Source: Macrostomum lignano (lineage: Eukaryota). From it: a stretch of DNA of 64,000 nt. Position numbers and translations under genes: made by a program. Below, piece after piece: positions 1 to 12,235 of the stretch (its first letter is position 1; each line of letters begins with the position of its first letter). The notes under the pieces were generated by a model. That model was not told where the DNA came from, made no database searches, and saw only the letters and a program-made list of their open reading frames with translations. Location of the stretch: NCBI GenBank assembly GCA_002269645.1, contig NIVC01000292.1, positions 434,001 through 498,000 on the forward strand, written 5' to 3'.

Positions 1-875
1 TGACGCGGAACGGCGAGGCCTGGCTGCACCTGGACTGCGCGCTCTGGGCTCCGGACCTGCACCTGTCCGCCTCTGCCGACCCGGCCGGCGGCGGTGGCGG
101 CCTGAAGCTGCGGGGCCTCGCCGAATGCCTCGCTGGTGGCGCAGGCGGCGACTGCGCGGTCTGCGGCATGTGGGGCGCCCAGGTGGCCTGCGCCCACAGG
201 CAGTGCCAGTCCGCTGCGCACCTGCCCTGCGCCATTGAGGCCGGTGCGTGCCGACTGCTTGCGTTGCTTTTAATTAGCTGGCTTCCAGGGCTTCTGTTGG
301 TCCGCTCTGGTTTGGCTCTGCCCTCATATCTGTGGACCTTTAATCCTCAGCCTTTCCATCCCGATGAGCCCTTGAATCCCAATGGCTCCTAATCCCTAGG
401 AGTCCTATAATCTCAGTGGCTCCTAACCCCCATCAGCCCCTTTAATCCCAATGGCTCCTAATCCCCATGGCCCCTTTAATCCCAATGGCTTCTAATCCCT
501 ACTAAGAGTCCTATAATCTCAGTGGCTCCTAATCTCCATGACTACTAATCCCCATGAGCCCTTTTATTCCAATGGCTCCTAATCCCTATGAGCCCTTTAA
601 GCCCAATGGCTCCTGATCCCCATGAACCCTTGAGTCTCAATGACTGCTAACCCACGTGGCCCTTAATCCCATCGTCTCTTTAATTTCCATAGCTCGTAGC
701 TAAATAAGTCTGTTATTTACTCCCGACTGCTACTGTAAGTAGTATCCGGCACTCTAAGCCACAGCACTCCCCCTTTCCCGCAGGCTGCCTGCTGGATGAG
801 GAGAAGCTGATCGCCTACTGCGCCCAGCACAGGCAGGGCGGCGGCAAGGCCGGCCCGAGGCCCCCGGCGAGCTGA
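1..875 (+). CDS. 3' end of a gene encoding a C-terminal extended PHD finger (zf-HC5HC2H), TCF20/RAI1-like; exons <1-243 and 784-875
   Basis: Frame 3 reads TRNGEAWLHLDCALWAPDLHL...LRGLAECL...CAVCGMWGAQVACAHRQCQSAAHLPCAIEA. The donor GT is at 244 and the acceptor CAG at 781-783. The last exon reads GCLLDEEKLIAYCAQHRQ...PAS* (TGA 873-875). The Cys/His spacing and terminal position match the TCF20/RAI1 ePHD (W.H..C..W...G...C..C...GA...C....C...H.PCA...C.L.EE....C..H). Confidence 0.8.
340..680. repeat. Degenerate ~30-35 bp minisatellite in the ePHD gene intron
   Basis: Recurrent AATCCCAATGGCTCCTAATCCCCATGAGCCCCTT-like units. Confidence 0.8.
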
Positions 876-2217
876 ACTGGACTCAGACTGCCCTGCTCAA
901 TCCATTTAGCTGTGTAAATAGAGCTGCATTTGTGCCTACCTGCAATATCCGGCATCTTTTGCGGAGTTTTCCTGCGCAAACTCTAAATTGGTATTTATTT
1001 TTTTAACTCATCTTCCTTCGTTTTTCATCTGCAGTGATGAGAAGTGCAGAAGCTTTTGTAACCTGCAGACAGCATTCTCTGCTTCTAGAAGCTGCTGCGA
1101 AGCAGGCCTGTGGGATTAGGGAATGTCAGGGGACTCAACCGCGCCTCTGAGCAAACAGCGCCTTCTGTGCTCTGCTTCACCTGGCTCTCCACATCTTGCT
1201 CTCTTGCAACCCAGCTCCCATTATCCCCACCTGTTTGCCTCTTCAATTGCCTAAGCTGAGTAACTATGCCGGAGCGGTTCCGGGTCCTCATCTGCGCACC
1301 TGCGCCGTCACGGCTGCCTGCTCAGCCAATTTTCAAGCAGCAGCCCTGAAGGGGGGCTCCCTGAGAGGCCTACGCTGACTTCCCGCCTGGGATGCTTTCT
1401 GCATTGTCAGCATTTTTTGTACTTTTTTTTAACACCAATGGCTGCCTCCCAGATGTCTCGCTAATGATCAAACTAATGAGGCTTTGGCCTGCTACCAAAC
1501 TGCCTAGCAGCCAGTGTAATGTTTGGCGACAATACGGTAACAACTGTGGCAGCCGGAGCTGAAGCAATTCGGCAACTCTGACTCCTGAAGTCGCAGGCAC
1601 GCACTGGTGCACACGCTCACACAAGGTATACAGCGGCCATGACTTTCTACTCTGCATCACCCCAGTGCGCTTATAATTGGAGTTTGCTTTGTAGCCTAGC
1701 TATCTTTTTACAGGTATTGCAAACAGAATCCCAGCGGATGCAGCAAGTGGAGGCTGTCGCCAATCAGTTTCTGTTCCGTCTCCTGCATGCCAAGCAACAG
1801 GCATTCATATTGCATTCCAAAGTCGCTCCGAAACGGTACTCAAATTCCATCGCTGAGGCATGCAGGCAATTTAGTAAAACAGAAGAGTAGAACAATTTTA
1901 ACAGTGAAAACTTGACCACCAGAGCCAGCATGCTTATCAACATACTCTGGTAGAAATTTGACAGAAAGCTTAAGTTTGGGTGGGATTGAATGTACTTAAT
2001 TAAGAAAGGTACTTGATTAGCTCGTAAATAAGCAGGTGGTCGTGTTCGTCTGACGTGGCTTGCAACAGAGAGAATAGTCTGCTTTATATATTTCAGATTG
2101 AAGTTAAAAGATTATAAAATTGTAATGAGCTTTTCTATTTTCTCATGCTTCAGATGGTTAGAAATGTCGCTAGTGTTTTCTATTTTTTCTGATACAGGCC
2201 CACCAAGTGTGGCCAAC

Positions 2218-3337
2218 TCAGCACAGGGCGTTGATCTCGGCCAGCTGAGCAGCCGTGAGCTGTCCAGCCGCCACGCCCCAGCAGATGAAGAAGCCGCGCA
2301 TGTTCTTGTCAGTGTTGAGGCTCGATGTGCCAAGGCGGAGACGGTCGTTCCAATCGCTGGTGAAATTGTAGTTAAAGTCGCTGTGGTAGCCATTGAAGAA
2401 GGTGCCGTTGAAGAAAAGCTGGTTAAAGCTGCTGCCATTAAAAGTGGCTGCAGTGAACACAGGCTCCGTGTCTGTCACTGTGAGCAGGTTGAACTCGTAG
2501 CTTCTCTTTTGCACTCTGTTGTCCGCAAACTGGGCTTCGATTGAGAGTTTCGTGAAATTGACATTGTCGCTGCTGCGGTATTCGTTCCAATGCCCGCCCG
2601 ACACGAAACTGCTCAGTGCCGTGAACTCCTGGATGTAAACGTATTTCTGGCCAGGCTGCCAGTAGCGCAGGTACTTGGCAAAGTAGGTGAACTGGGAGCC
2701 GTAGGTCAGGTGCTTGGTCAGGTTGCCGGACTCCGTGTCGATCTGCAAAAAATGGACAGTTTTGTACAAAGTCAAAATATGCTTATTGCGAGCCACCTTA
2801 TTATCGACCCACCTCGATGAAGGAGTCGGCGTGGCCGCTCAGCCAGACGCCGCGGTCGGTGAGCCTGGCCCCGGAGCCCAGGCTGGCAGCGAAGGACCGG
2901 TTGCCGGCCAGGTTCGGCAGGCCCAGCAGGAAGTTGTGAAACACCAGCAGCGCGGCCAGCGTCGTCTGCGACAGCGCGGCAACAGCGAAGCCTCCCGCCA
3001 AGCGTCCGGCGTTGACGACGGAGCGGCAGGTGTCGGAGCTGCGCCAGGTCGCGGCGAAGGCGGCCGCGTCGGCGAGTCGGCAGGCGGCCTCGGCCGGCGA
3101 GTGGGCCGCCGCGGCGCAGTTGGCTCGGGCGGCGCACTCGACGGCGCAGGAGCGCTCGGACTGCAGCCCAGTCAAGTTGGCCGGGGCGTTGGACGGCGGA
3201 CAGACTCGGACACCGCGAAAGGCGGCGCTCGTATTGGTGATGCTGGCCTCGGCGACGGCGACCAGCTGCGGACAGAGGAGAAGCGGCAGGTGGAGGAGCA
3301 GCAGCTGCAGCTGGGTGAATGGCTGGGCTCTGGCCAT
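2218..3337 (-). CDS. Secreted protein, 349 aa: signal peptide, PAN/Apple-like domain, LamG/concanavalin-A-like domain; exons 3337-2813 and 2742-2218
   Basis: The ATG at 3337 gives a hydrophobic leader, MARAQPFTQLQLLLLHLPLLLCPQLVAVAEA. A PAN-like motif follows: SERSCAVECAARANCAAAAHSPAEAACRL. A 70-bp phase-0 GT-AG intron (2812-2743) joins SFIE|IDTESG. The C-terminus RLRLG...MRGFFICWGV...QLTAAQLAEI fits the LamG-like pattern LG...F.G.i....L+..ei. Domain names come from motif recognition only. Confidence 0.7.
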
Positions 3338-4937
3338 GGCGTTGCTGGGAGCAGTCGGGCAGGTGGCTTTGCAGAGAGTCTGGGAGCAGTCGGGCAGGTG
3401 GCGCCGCTTCTCCCAGCGCTCCGCCGCTTTCATGAGCCGGGGGAGGGGGGCGCCAAGAGGCGAGGGGAGGCCGCCATCCCCTAGAGACCGGCCGGCATTG
3501 GCTGCTGTCTGTAGAAAGTAGGAGAGGAGAATTGGATTGACAGAAACAGCTCACGTCAGACATGTTTGCAGTTTGTCTGAAACCAAAACCCCACAGAGAA
3601 TCCACTCGCAATTTCCGTTCTCGCATCCGCAAATTTTCTAGCTGTCTTATTTTTTCATTATTCCGCTGAGTTTGAGGTGGTAAATTTTCTGTCACTTCCG
3701 GCCTGCTGTCTTGCAACCATCTGCAATGCTCTGCATTTTCATCGACCCCATGCGGTGGCCGTTCCGCGTTGCTTGCCGATTGCTGGACTTCTTTTGCTTG
3801 ATTTGTCGTCCACACAGGCTATGAAGAACGCTTGACTGCACTGCATCTCTAGCTGAGTGAGAAGTGCTTGCTGAGGATCTGTGGGACTTTTTTCAACAGA
3901 AAGCAGGAGCATTGATTGAGTATTGACTTACCGGCATTAACTTATAATACTATAAGTAGTGTTATTAATAACTTCGTCTCAGAAGCTTTTAAAAGAAAAG
4001 TCAAAGGCAAGGTTCGGATTTCCAAGAAAAAAAAAGTATAACTATTTAATTTTGTTGAATGTTTAACTGCCGTAACAGCCTCACTTTGCACAATTTTTCA
4101 CTTTCTTCTTGGCTTTTGCCATTCAATAATCACAATTTTAAAGCTCTAATTTCCCTCTAGTTTACGAGACAAAAAGTTATACTTTACAAAATGGTTCTGG
4201 TTCTAGAACCAGAACAAGCAATATGTAGAGCCTCCTTCAATTCCAAGCTATGAATACAAATGAACTGCATTATCATACGAGAGTGAGTCATACATGTACG
4301 ACCACAGATACTAAAATTCAGGCCTATATACTTAGTGAAACAGCTTTCTACTTTCAGTTCAGTAGCAATGAAGACTACACAAGCTATTTCATAAAAATAA
4401 TGGCAGCTGAAATGACTTTGATAAATTTAAAAGCCCAAGCTTGCAGGCGTAAACAAACTTTTAGTGGTCCTTGAAACAAACTTGCTAATTGGTTCAGCAG
4501 TAATGTACATTAGCCAGTCCCCTGCAATGTATATGGCAGCTTTAGGCTGGAATTCGGAGAAGAGCAAAAAAAATTGGGGCGGGGCGGGGGTAGTGTGAAA
4601 AGGCGCGGTTGGAGGGGTTTAACCATTTGGAAGCCAAAGGCCTGCACTGCAGGCCATACCGAAACGGCTCAAAAACCCAGAGATTGAAAAATGTCTATGG
4701 CATGAAAAACCATCTCCCAGTCACTAAAGCAAGTGCCCAGTATGGCCTGCTGTGCAGGTCATGATTAATTTAAAGAAGCCCTGCATTATGCATTTCCGTT
4801 ATGTTTTCACTCAAATGTTAAATGTGAAATAAGCGTGCACAGTGAAAACATGAGGTGATGCACAAATTTATGGTCGTATTAAATTTTAATCTCCTCACTA
4901 CTGACCTACGAGTATTAGTATTAGTATTAGTATACTA

Positions 4938-7765
4938 CAAGCTGTTGAAACCCGCGGAATTTGAACCGGGGAATTCCAATCCCCGGAACTATTTTTGCAT
5001 GTATTCTGAAATCTGAGCCCATCTGAAACAAAAACTTGTTAATAGTTAGTTAGTAGGATAAAGGTAAACAAAAATGGAGTACATTCGCATACAATTAGGA
5101 TGTGAGGCAAACATATTGTTGGCTAGGGGTGCTTTTACTTTAAATAGGCAATTAATGTCTGTCTGACTCTAAAACATGTATTGGCAAACTCTGGCCTCTG
5201 CCTCTGACTCTCCCTACGTCCCTTGGATCCTTTGAAACTTCTATCTTCTCTTCTGTTTCCTCTCTTCTCTCTCGTCCCTTGTCTCTTTTCTCCTCTCTTC
5301 TCTTTTTACTCTCTCCTCTCTCCCCTCTTCTCTCGTCTCTTCCCTCATTTCTCTTCTTTTTCATCTCTCTTATCTCATCTCTTTTCTTTTTCCTCTCCTC
5401 GCACTCTTCTCTTATATTTTCCTTCGCCTCTCTTCTCTCGTCTTTATTTGCTCTCTGATCTCTCCTTTCTCTTCTCTCTCTTCTCTTTTATCTCTTTTCA
5501 TTTCTCTCTGCTTCCCCTCTCTCTCTGCTTCCCCCTCTCTCTGCTTCCCCCCTCTCTCTCTGCTTCCCCCTCTCTCTCTGCTTCCCCCTCTCTCTGCTTC
5601 CCCCTCTCTCTCTCTGCTTCCCCCTCTCTCTGCTTCCCCCTCTCTCTCTGCTTCCCCCCTCTCTCTCTGCTTCCCCCTCTCTCTGCTTCCCCCCTCTCTC
5701 TCTCTGCTTCCCCCTCTCTCTGCTTCCCCCTCTCTCTCTGCTTCCCCCTCTCTCTGCTTCCCCCCTCTCTCTCTCTGCTTCCCCCCTCTCTCTGCTTCCC
5801 CCCTCTCTCTCTGCTTCCCCCCTCTCTCTCTGCTTCCCCCTCTCTCTCTGCTTCCCCCCCTCTCTCTCTGCTTCCCCCCTCTATCTTATCTCTCCTCTCC
5901 CATCTTTCTTCTCCTCTCTACTCTCTCCCCTCCATTCTCCTTTTTTCTCTCCTCTCGCCTAACTTACTTCTCTCTCCCTTTGTCTCTCCTCTCGTCTCTG
6001 TAATCTCTACGCTCCCATCTCTCGTCTGTTCATTTTCGTCTCTGCTCTCAGCTCATCCCCCCTCTTTCATCTGTCATCTTTACTGTCTTATATGTTCTCT
6101 CATTCTGTCCTCTCTGTACTCTTTTCTTTCACCTCTTTTGTCTCCTCACCTTCCTTTCTCCTTTCTCCTCTTCTCTTCCCTCTTCTATATACTCTCTCCC
6201 TCTCTTGTCTCGTCTCTTCTCTCTCCACTCTCCTCCTTTATCTCTCATCTCTCATTTCTCATCTCTCCTTTTTCCTCTTTACTAACTCCTCTCTGCTCTT
6301 CTCTCTGCTCTCCTCTCATCTGCAGCTCTCTGCTCTCTCCTCTCTACTCGCTCCTCTACTCACTCCTCTACTCTCTCTCTACTCGCTCCTCTACTCTCTC
6401 CTCTCTACTCGCTCCTCTCTATTCTCTCCTCTCATTGTCCTCGCTCCCTCATCTCTCCTATTATCTTTTATCTTTTCTCTTATTCTCTCTCTCACCTCTC
6501 CTCTCTTTTCGAATCGTCTATTCCTTCTTCTCTCCACTCTCAACTGCCCCTCAGCCATAAGCTGGATTCTTTTCTGGCCTTTGAGGTAAAAGTCTGCCCA
6601 TTCCTGCTTGGAAAGCCAGTTTGTGGGACGTAGTACTCTCATGGCTGTTCTCATGCTTTGATCATGTCATCTTTCTTGCCAATTTGCAAGCCCTGAAAGA
6701 AATTTGTGTATCTTCAGCTCCACTGCAGTCTGCATCAGTCTAACAACCAAGGAAATACGCATTTCTTAGGAGGACATTTAACTTTTAAAGTACCTTTAAG
6801 AGAAACCTAAAATTTCCATGATGTGACTAATTTAGTAGAGTTGTATTGCATTGCATCGCCTTTTCATAAATCTTTCGCTTTTACAAACCATGCTGGATTA
6901 CCCTGATTTGCCATCCACTACGTTAAACTGCTGCAGAGTTTGCCTATACAGAGGACAGTGGTTAGAATTTCTCACTAAAATGTTATGGATGGCTAAACGT
7001 AGCCTCTCAACGGGGGTGCAGAGAAGGCCATAAACAAAGCTATTCCAAAACACTGTACATTTTCTATGTACATTCAGTCCTATCGCCTGACCCTTCGTCT
7101 GGCTCTGGGGAATGAGTGAGTGAGTGGCACAAACAACAGAAAAAGCAGACAAACTTCACATGCTTACAGTTTCTTTTTCGGTTGAGTTACAGAGTTGAAA
7201 CTTTACATTTAGATAGAGAATGAGTTAATAAAGAATTGTGTCAAGTTTGAAGTCAATCGCTTTACGTGGAGCAAACTTATGGCAGCTGAAAATTAGTCAA
7301 TTTTGAAACCCTTTTACACATCTGGGCCCAGATCGGTATCGGAAAGAGAGGCAGGCGGGCGGAGGTTGGGGTGGTTGCTACGCTGAAAAAAACAGCCTAA
7401 CTTTAAAAGTGCACAGCACTGCTCAGGATTAACTTTGAAACTCGAAATTTTACACGATTGTGCCAAAATAGTTGAAAATTGTCTGTGTCAAATTTGAAGA
7501 GAATCGGTAGAAGTGGAGCGGCGCTATGGAGGATTTAGTGAAAAAATCGCGCATTTTGAGCAGTTTTTTGCACTTTTAGGTAGGAAGACTCAAATTTAGG
7601 AAATTTTAAGGTAGCCTAAGACATTCTCCGTAGTAAGTTTAGGGTGGGTGTAAAGTTTGGTGTAATTTGGTTGAGCGGTTTGGGAGTCCATAGCGATCAA
7701 AATTGTCCACACACAGACAGACACACACACAGACACACACACAGAGTTTTGATTTTTAGGTCGTA
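4938..7765 (-). mobile_element. Helitron-like family 1, unit 1 (2,828 bp, A-type)
   Basis: Starts CAAGCTGTTGAAACCCGCGG on +. CT-rich body about 5240-6550, then a conserved ~1.2-kb core ending in ACAG/AC repeats and TTTTGATTTTTAGGTCGTA. Confidence 0.8.
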
Positions 7766-8203
7766 CAAGCTGTTGAAACCCGCGGATTTTGAACCCGGGG
7801 AATTCCAATACCCGGAACTACTTTTGCATGTATTCTGAAATCTAAGGCCATCTCTCTCGTCCCTCGTCTCTCCTCTCTCCTCTCTCCCCTCTTCTCTCGT
7901 ATCTTCCCTCATCTCTCTTCTCTTCATTCTCTCTTATCTCATCTCTTGTCTCTTCTTTTCTCTCTCCTCTCCTCTCTCCTCTTCTCTCTCCTCTCTCCTC
8001 TCACCCCGTCTTCTCTCTGATCTTCATTCTCCTTTCTATTCTTTTCTCTCTTCTCTTAACTCTCTCCTCTACTCTCTACTCTCTCCTCTCTTCTCTCGTC
8101 TCTTCCCTCACCTCTTTTCTCTCTCGTTTTTGCTCTCTCATCTTTCCTTTCTCTTCTTTTATCTTTTCTCTCTTATCTCTTCTCATTTCTCTCTGCTCCC
8201 CCT

Positions 8204-8279
<76 letters not shown>

Positions 8280-8308
8280 ATCTCTTCTCATTTCTCTCTG
8301 CTCCCCCT

Positions 8309-8399
<91 letters not shown>

Positions 8400-10300
8400 T
8401 ATCTCCCCTCCTCTCTCTACTCTCTCCCCTCTCCATTCTCCTCTTTCCTCTCCTCTCTTCTCACTCACTTCTCTACCTTTGTCTCTCCTCTCTCCTCTCG
8501 TCTCTGTAACCTCTCCTCTGTTCTCTCTACTCTCCCATCTTTTATCTGTTCACTCTCGTCTCTGCTCTCTCATCCCCTCTTTAATCTGGCATCTCTGTCT
8601 TATATATTCTCTCACCTCTCTCCTCTGTACTCTTTTCTTTCCCCTCTTTTGACTCCTCACTTTCCTTTCTCCTTTCTTCTTTTTTCTTCTCTTCCCTTTT
8701 CTATACTCTGTCTCCCTCTCTTCTCTCACTCCACTCTCCTCTCTCCGTTATCTCTCATCTCTCATTTCTCATCTCTCCTTCCACTTCTCTCATCTCTAAA
8801 ACCTTAGAGATGTAGAGATGTATCTTTATCTCTTCTCTCTTCCCTTTACTCTCTCATCTCTTCTTTCACCTGTTTCCTCTCTGCTGTCTCCTCTCTCCTC
8901 TCATCTGCAGCTCTCTGCTCTCTCATCTCTCATCTCTCCTCTCGCTTTTCCTCTCTCCCCTCTTCTCCCCTCTCTCTCATCGTCCTCACCCCCTTATCTC
9001 TCCTATTATCTTTTATCTTTTCTTTTATCCGCTCTGTCGCCTCTCCTCTCTTCGAATCGTCTATTCGTTCTTCTTTCCACTTTCATCTGCCCCTCAGCTA
9101 TGAGCTGGATTCTTTATCTGGCCTTTGAGGTAAAAGTATGCCCATCCCTGCTTGGAAAGCCAGTTTGTGGGATGTAGTACTCTCATGGTTGTTCTCATGC
9201 TTTGATCACGTCATCTTTCTTGCCAATTTGCAGCCCTGAAAGGAATTTGTGTATCTTCAGCTCCACTGCAGTCTTCATCGGTCTAACAACCAAGGAAATA
9301 CGCATTTCTTAGGAGGCCATTTAAATTTTAAAGTACCTTTAAGAGAAAACCTAAATTTCCATGGTGTGTCTAATTTAGTAGGGTTGTATTGCATTGCATC
9401 GCTTTTTCATAAATCTTTCGCTTTTACAAACCATGCTGAATTACCTTGATTTGCCATTGCCATCCACTGTTAAACTGCTGCAGAGTTTGCCTATACAGAG
9501 GGCAGTGGTTAGAATTTCTCACTAAACTGTTATGGCTAAACGTAGCCTCTCCACTCTCGGGGTGCAGAGAAGGCTATAAATAAAGTTATTCTAAAACACT
9601 GTACATTTGCTATGTACATTCAGTCCTATCGCCGGACCCTTCGTCTTCATGGGGAATGAGTGAGTGAGTGGCACAAACAACAGAAAAAGCAGACAAACTT
9701 TACATGCTTACAGTTTCTGTTCTGATTGAGTAAGAGAGTTGAAACTTTACATTTAGACAGAGAATGAATCAAAGAAGAATTGTGTTAAGTTAGAAGTCAA
9801 TCGCTTCACGTGGAGCAAACTTATGGCAGCCGAAAGTTAGTCATTTTAAAACCCATTTACACCCTTTGCCCAGATAGGGAAAGAGGCAGGCGGGCGGAGG
9901 TTGGGGTGGCTGTCTCGCTGAAAAAAAACAGCCAAAATTTAAAAGTGCACAGCGCCGTTCAGGATTAACTTTGAGACTCGAAATTTTACACGATTGTGTC
10001 AAAATAGTTGAAAATTGATTGTGTCAAATTTGAAGAGGATCGGTAGAAGTGGAGCGGCGCTAAGGAGGCTTTAGTAAAAAAATCGCGCATTTTGAGCAGT
10101 TTTTTGCACTTTTAGGTAGGAAGACTCAAATTTAGGAAATTTAAAGGTAGCCTAAGACATTCTCCGTAGTGAGTTTAGGGTGGGTGTAAAATTTGGTGTC
10201 ATTTGGTTGAGCGGTTTGGGAGTCCATAGCGATCAAAATTGTCCACACACAGACAGACAGACAGACAGACAGACAGAGTTTTGATTTTTATAGTTAGAGA
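7766..10300 (-). mobile_element. Helitron-like family 1, unit 2 (2,535 bp)
   Basis: Same termini and core as unit 1; CT-rich body about 7850-9080. Confidence 0.8.
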
Positions 10301-12225
10301 CGAGGCCAACTCCTCCGATGGAGGAGAAAGGGGAAGAACTCCCATCACCGGAATTCCATTCCCTGAAATCCATCAGCTGAAATTCCATGACTTGAATCCC
10401 ATCTTCCAAATCATCTCCAAATCCTCTGTAAAGCCTTTCAAATACCATATCTTGTTTTCCCTGTTCGCAAAAACTGACTGCCATTGTCCAGACTCAGATT
10501 CTTCTGTCTCCTCTCTTCTCTTTTCTCTCCTCTCACGTCTCTCATCTCTACCACCTTATTTATCTCTTCTCCCTCGTCTTTCGTCTTTCTCTCCTGTCTC
10601 CTTTATCCCCTGTTTTCTCCTCTCTCCTCTCTTCTCTCCTCTCTCATCTCTCATCCCTCATGCCTCATCTCACTATTTCTTTCTCCTCTACTCTCAGCTC
10701 CTCTCTTCTCTCTCCTCTCATCTCTCCTGTCTCCCTCTGCTATCTCATATCTTCCCTCTCATCTCCTCTCTCCTCTTTTCTTCTCTCTCCCTCTTCGTTC
10801 CCGCCTTACTCCCCTCTTCTCTCCCATCTGTCATGTCTAATCTGTCCTCTCTCATCTCTACTCTCTTTTCTATAATCTCTTCTCTCTTCTCTTTTCACTC
10901 TTCTCTTTACCCTCTTTACTGACTGACTGAAGATACCAAATCCATAAAAATCCCTTCGTGAAACAGAAATCCTCTCCGCGAAACAGAAATCCTCTCCGCG
11001 AAACAGAAATCCTCTCCGCGAAACAGAAACCCTCTCCGTGAAACTGGACTCCTTTCGAAATCCAATCCGCGAAACAGAAATCCTCTCCGTGAAACTGGGC
11101 TCCATGGAAATCCTCTGAGTGAAACTGACATCCATCAAAATCGTCTCCGTAAAACAGAAATACATCTAGATTCTCTCCACGAAAAAGAAATCCTCTCCGT
11201 GAAACCGAAAACCATCAGAATACTCCGTGAAACTGGACTCAATCGAAATTTTCTCTGTCAAAAAGAACTTAACTCTCAGAATTCATTGGTTAGGGTTAGG
11301 GTTAGAGCTGCATAGAGCTGCGTGTTGAATTAATTGAATCAATTAATTGCGCAAACCATTTCTCAGTCAGACAGTATCAGTCTTATTTAAAGTTAAATAA
11401 ACGGTTGCGCAATCTAAATCAACCCTCCAATACGCAGCGGCAGACCCCCTTCCAATACGCCCAACTTTATCTATTACGTCTCGCAAAACTGAGTACAATT
11501 TTTGCAGAAAGTTAAAAGTATGGAAATAGTTTTTTAAATGCGGTGCTTTCTCTTTTCATATTTAAAGCATACAACTTATATCCCCGAACTCAGCGCTGCA
11601 AGATCTTTCCAGCAATATAAGTCTCTCCTCTCAAAGTTTAAAACTCGAGGAACAGTTAGCGTTTGAAATTTACCGATTTCCCGACTGCTTGCTAGAGAAG
11701 CTCGCAAGTTTATTCATTGAATTTCACTGCCAAACTAATACACAGGGCTGCCAATAATAAAACCAAATGAATCTCGACACAGTCTATCTATTTACACTGT
11801 ACAACTGCTATGTACACTCAGCCCAAGCCCAACCCCCGTTCTGGGGGAAGCATTAAATTTAATTCAACCCCCAATACGCGGGGGGTTTATTTGCATTGAA
11901 CCCAGAACACGCGCACCCACCACCCCTCAATACACAGCGGCCCGCGGGCGGAGGTTGGGGTGGCTATTTTTACAAACTGGCTGCAGCCCCAGGCAGAGTG
12001 GCCAAAGAAGGTTATTGGGGGTTAAAAAAGCAGATTTATGCTTTTTTAGGGATGTTAAAATGTGAAAATTAAAAATTAAAATAGCCTAAAGCCTGCTCCG
12101 GAAAATTTGCAGTTTTCCCATATAAGTTTCGACGCTGACTTACCAGAATTCTAGGAGTTCACTTGCAACATACAGACAGACAGACAGACAGACAAACATC
12201 GCGTCGGTTTTAGTATTAGGGGAGA
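10301..12225 (-). mobile_element. Second, distinct Helitron-like non-autonomous element (family 2) embedded in the array
   Basis: The minus-strand 3' end is CTCG, preceded by a perfect hairpin CTCCTCC-GAT-GGAGGAG (10310-10326). The minus-strand 5' end is TCTCCCC, with (GTCT)n at about 12175-12193 and AAAATAGCCTAAAGCCTGCTCCGG similar to the family 1/Lep1 end. It shares GGGCGGAGGTTGGGGTGGCT (about 11946) with family 1, but the interior differs. Confidence 0.65.
10960..11240. repeat. 20-bp tandem repeat GAAACAGAAATCCTCTCCG(C/T) inside the family 2 element
   Basis: Four near-perfect copies at 10960-11039, then degenerate copies. Confidence 0.9.
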
Positions 12226-12235
12226 TATGTAGAGA

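Noticed and set aside
1085-1890. Two same-frame minus ORFs (1370-1660, 1085-1291) and a plus ORF (1639-1890) with acceptor-like sites
   Set aside because: In-frame stops and no recognisable domain; could be UTR or a decayed gene, but cannot be supported.
2098-3815. Overlapping ORFs 2098-2544 (+), 2714-3484 (+), 3012-3521 (+) and 2772-3815 (-)
   Set aside because: Shadow frames of the GC-rich PAN-LamG gene; only the spliced minus-strand frame gives a signal peptide and coherent motifs.
4623-4764. Alternative reading as a 142-bp TTAA-flanked MITE
   Set aside because: Its two ends (CCATTTGG versus TCATGACC) do not match, whereas the left end matches the distant end at 28768.
10960-11240. CRISPR-like appearance of the 20-bp repeats (also the 47-bp and 31-bp repeats)
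   Set aside because: Contiguous tandem units with no unique spacers and no cas genes, in a eukaryotic context.
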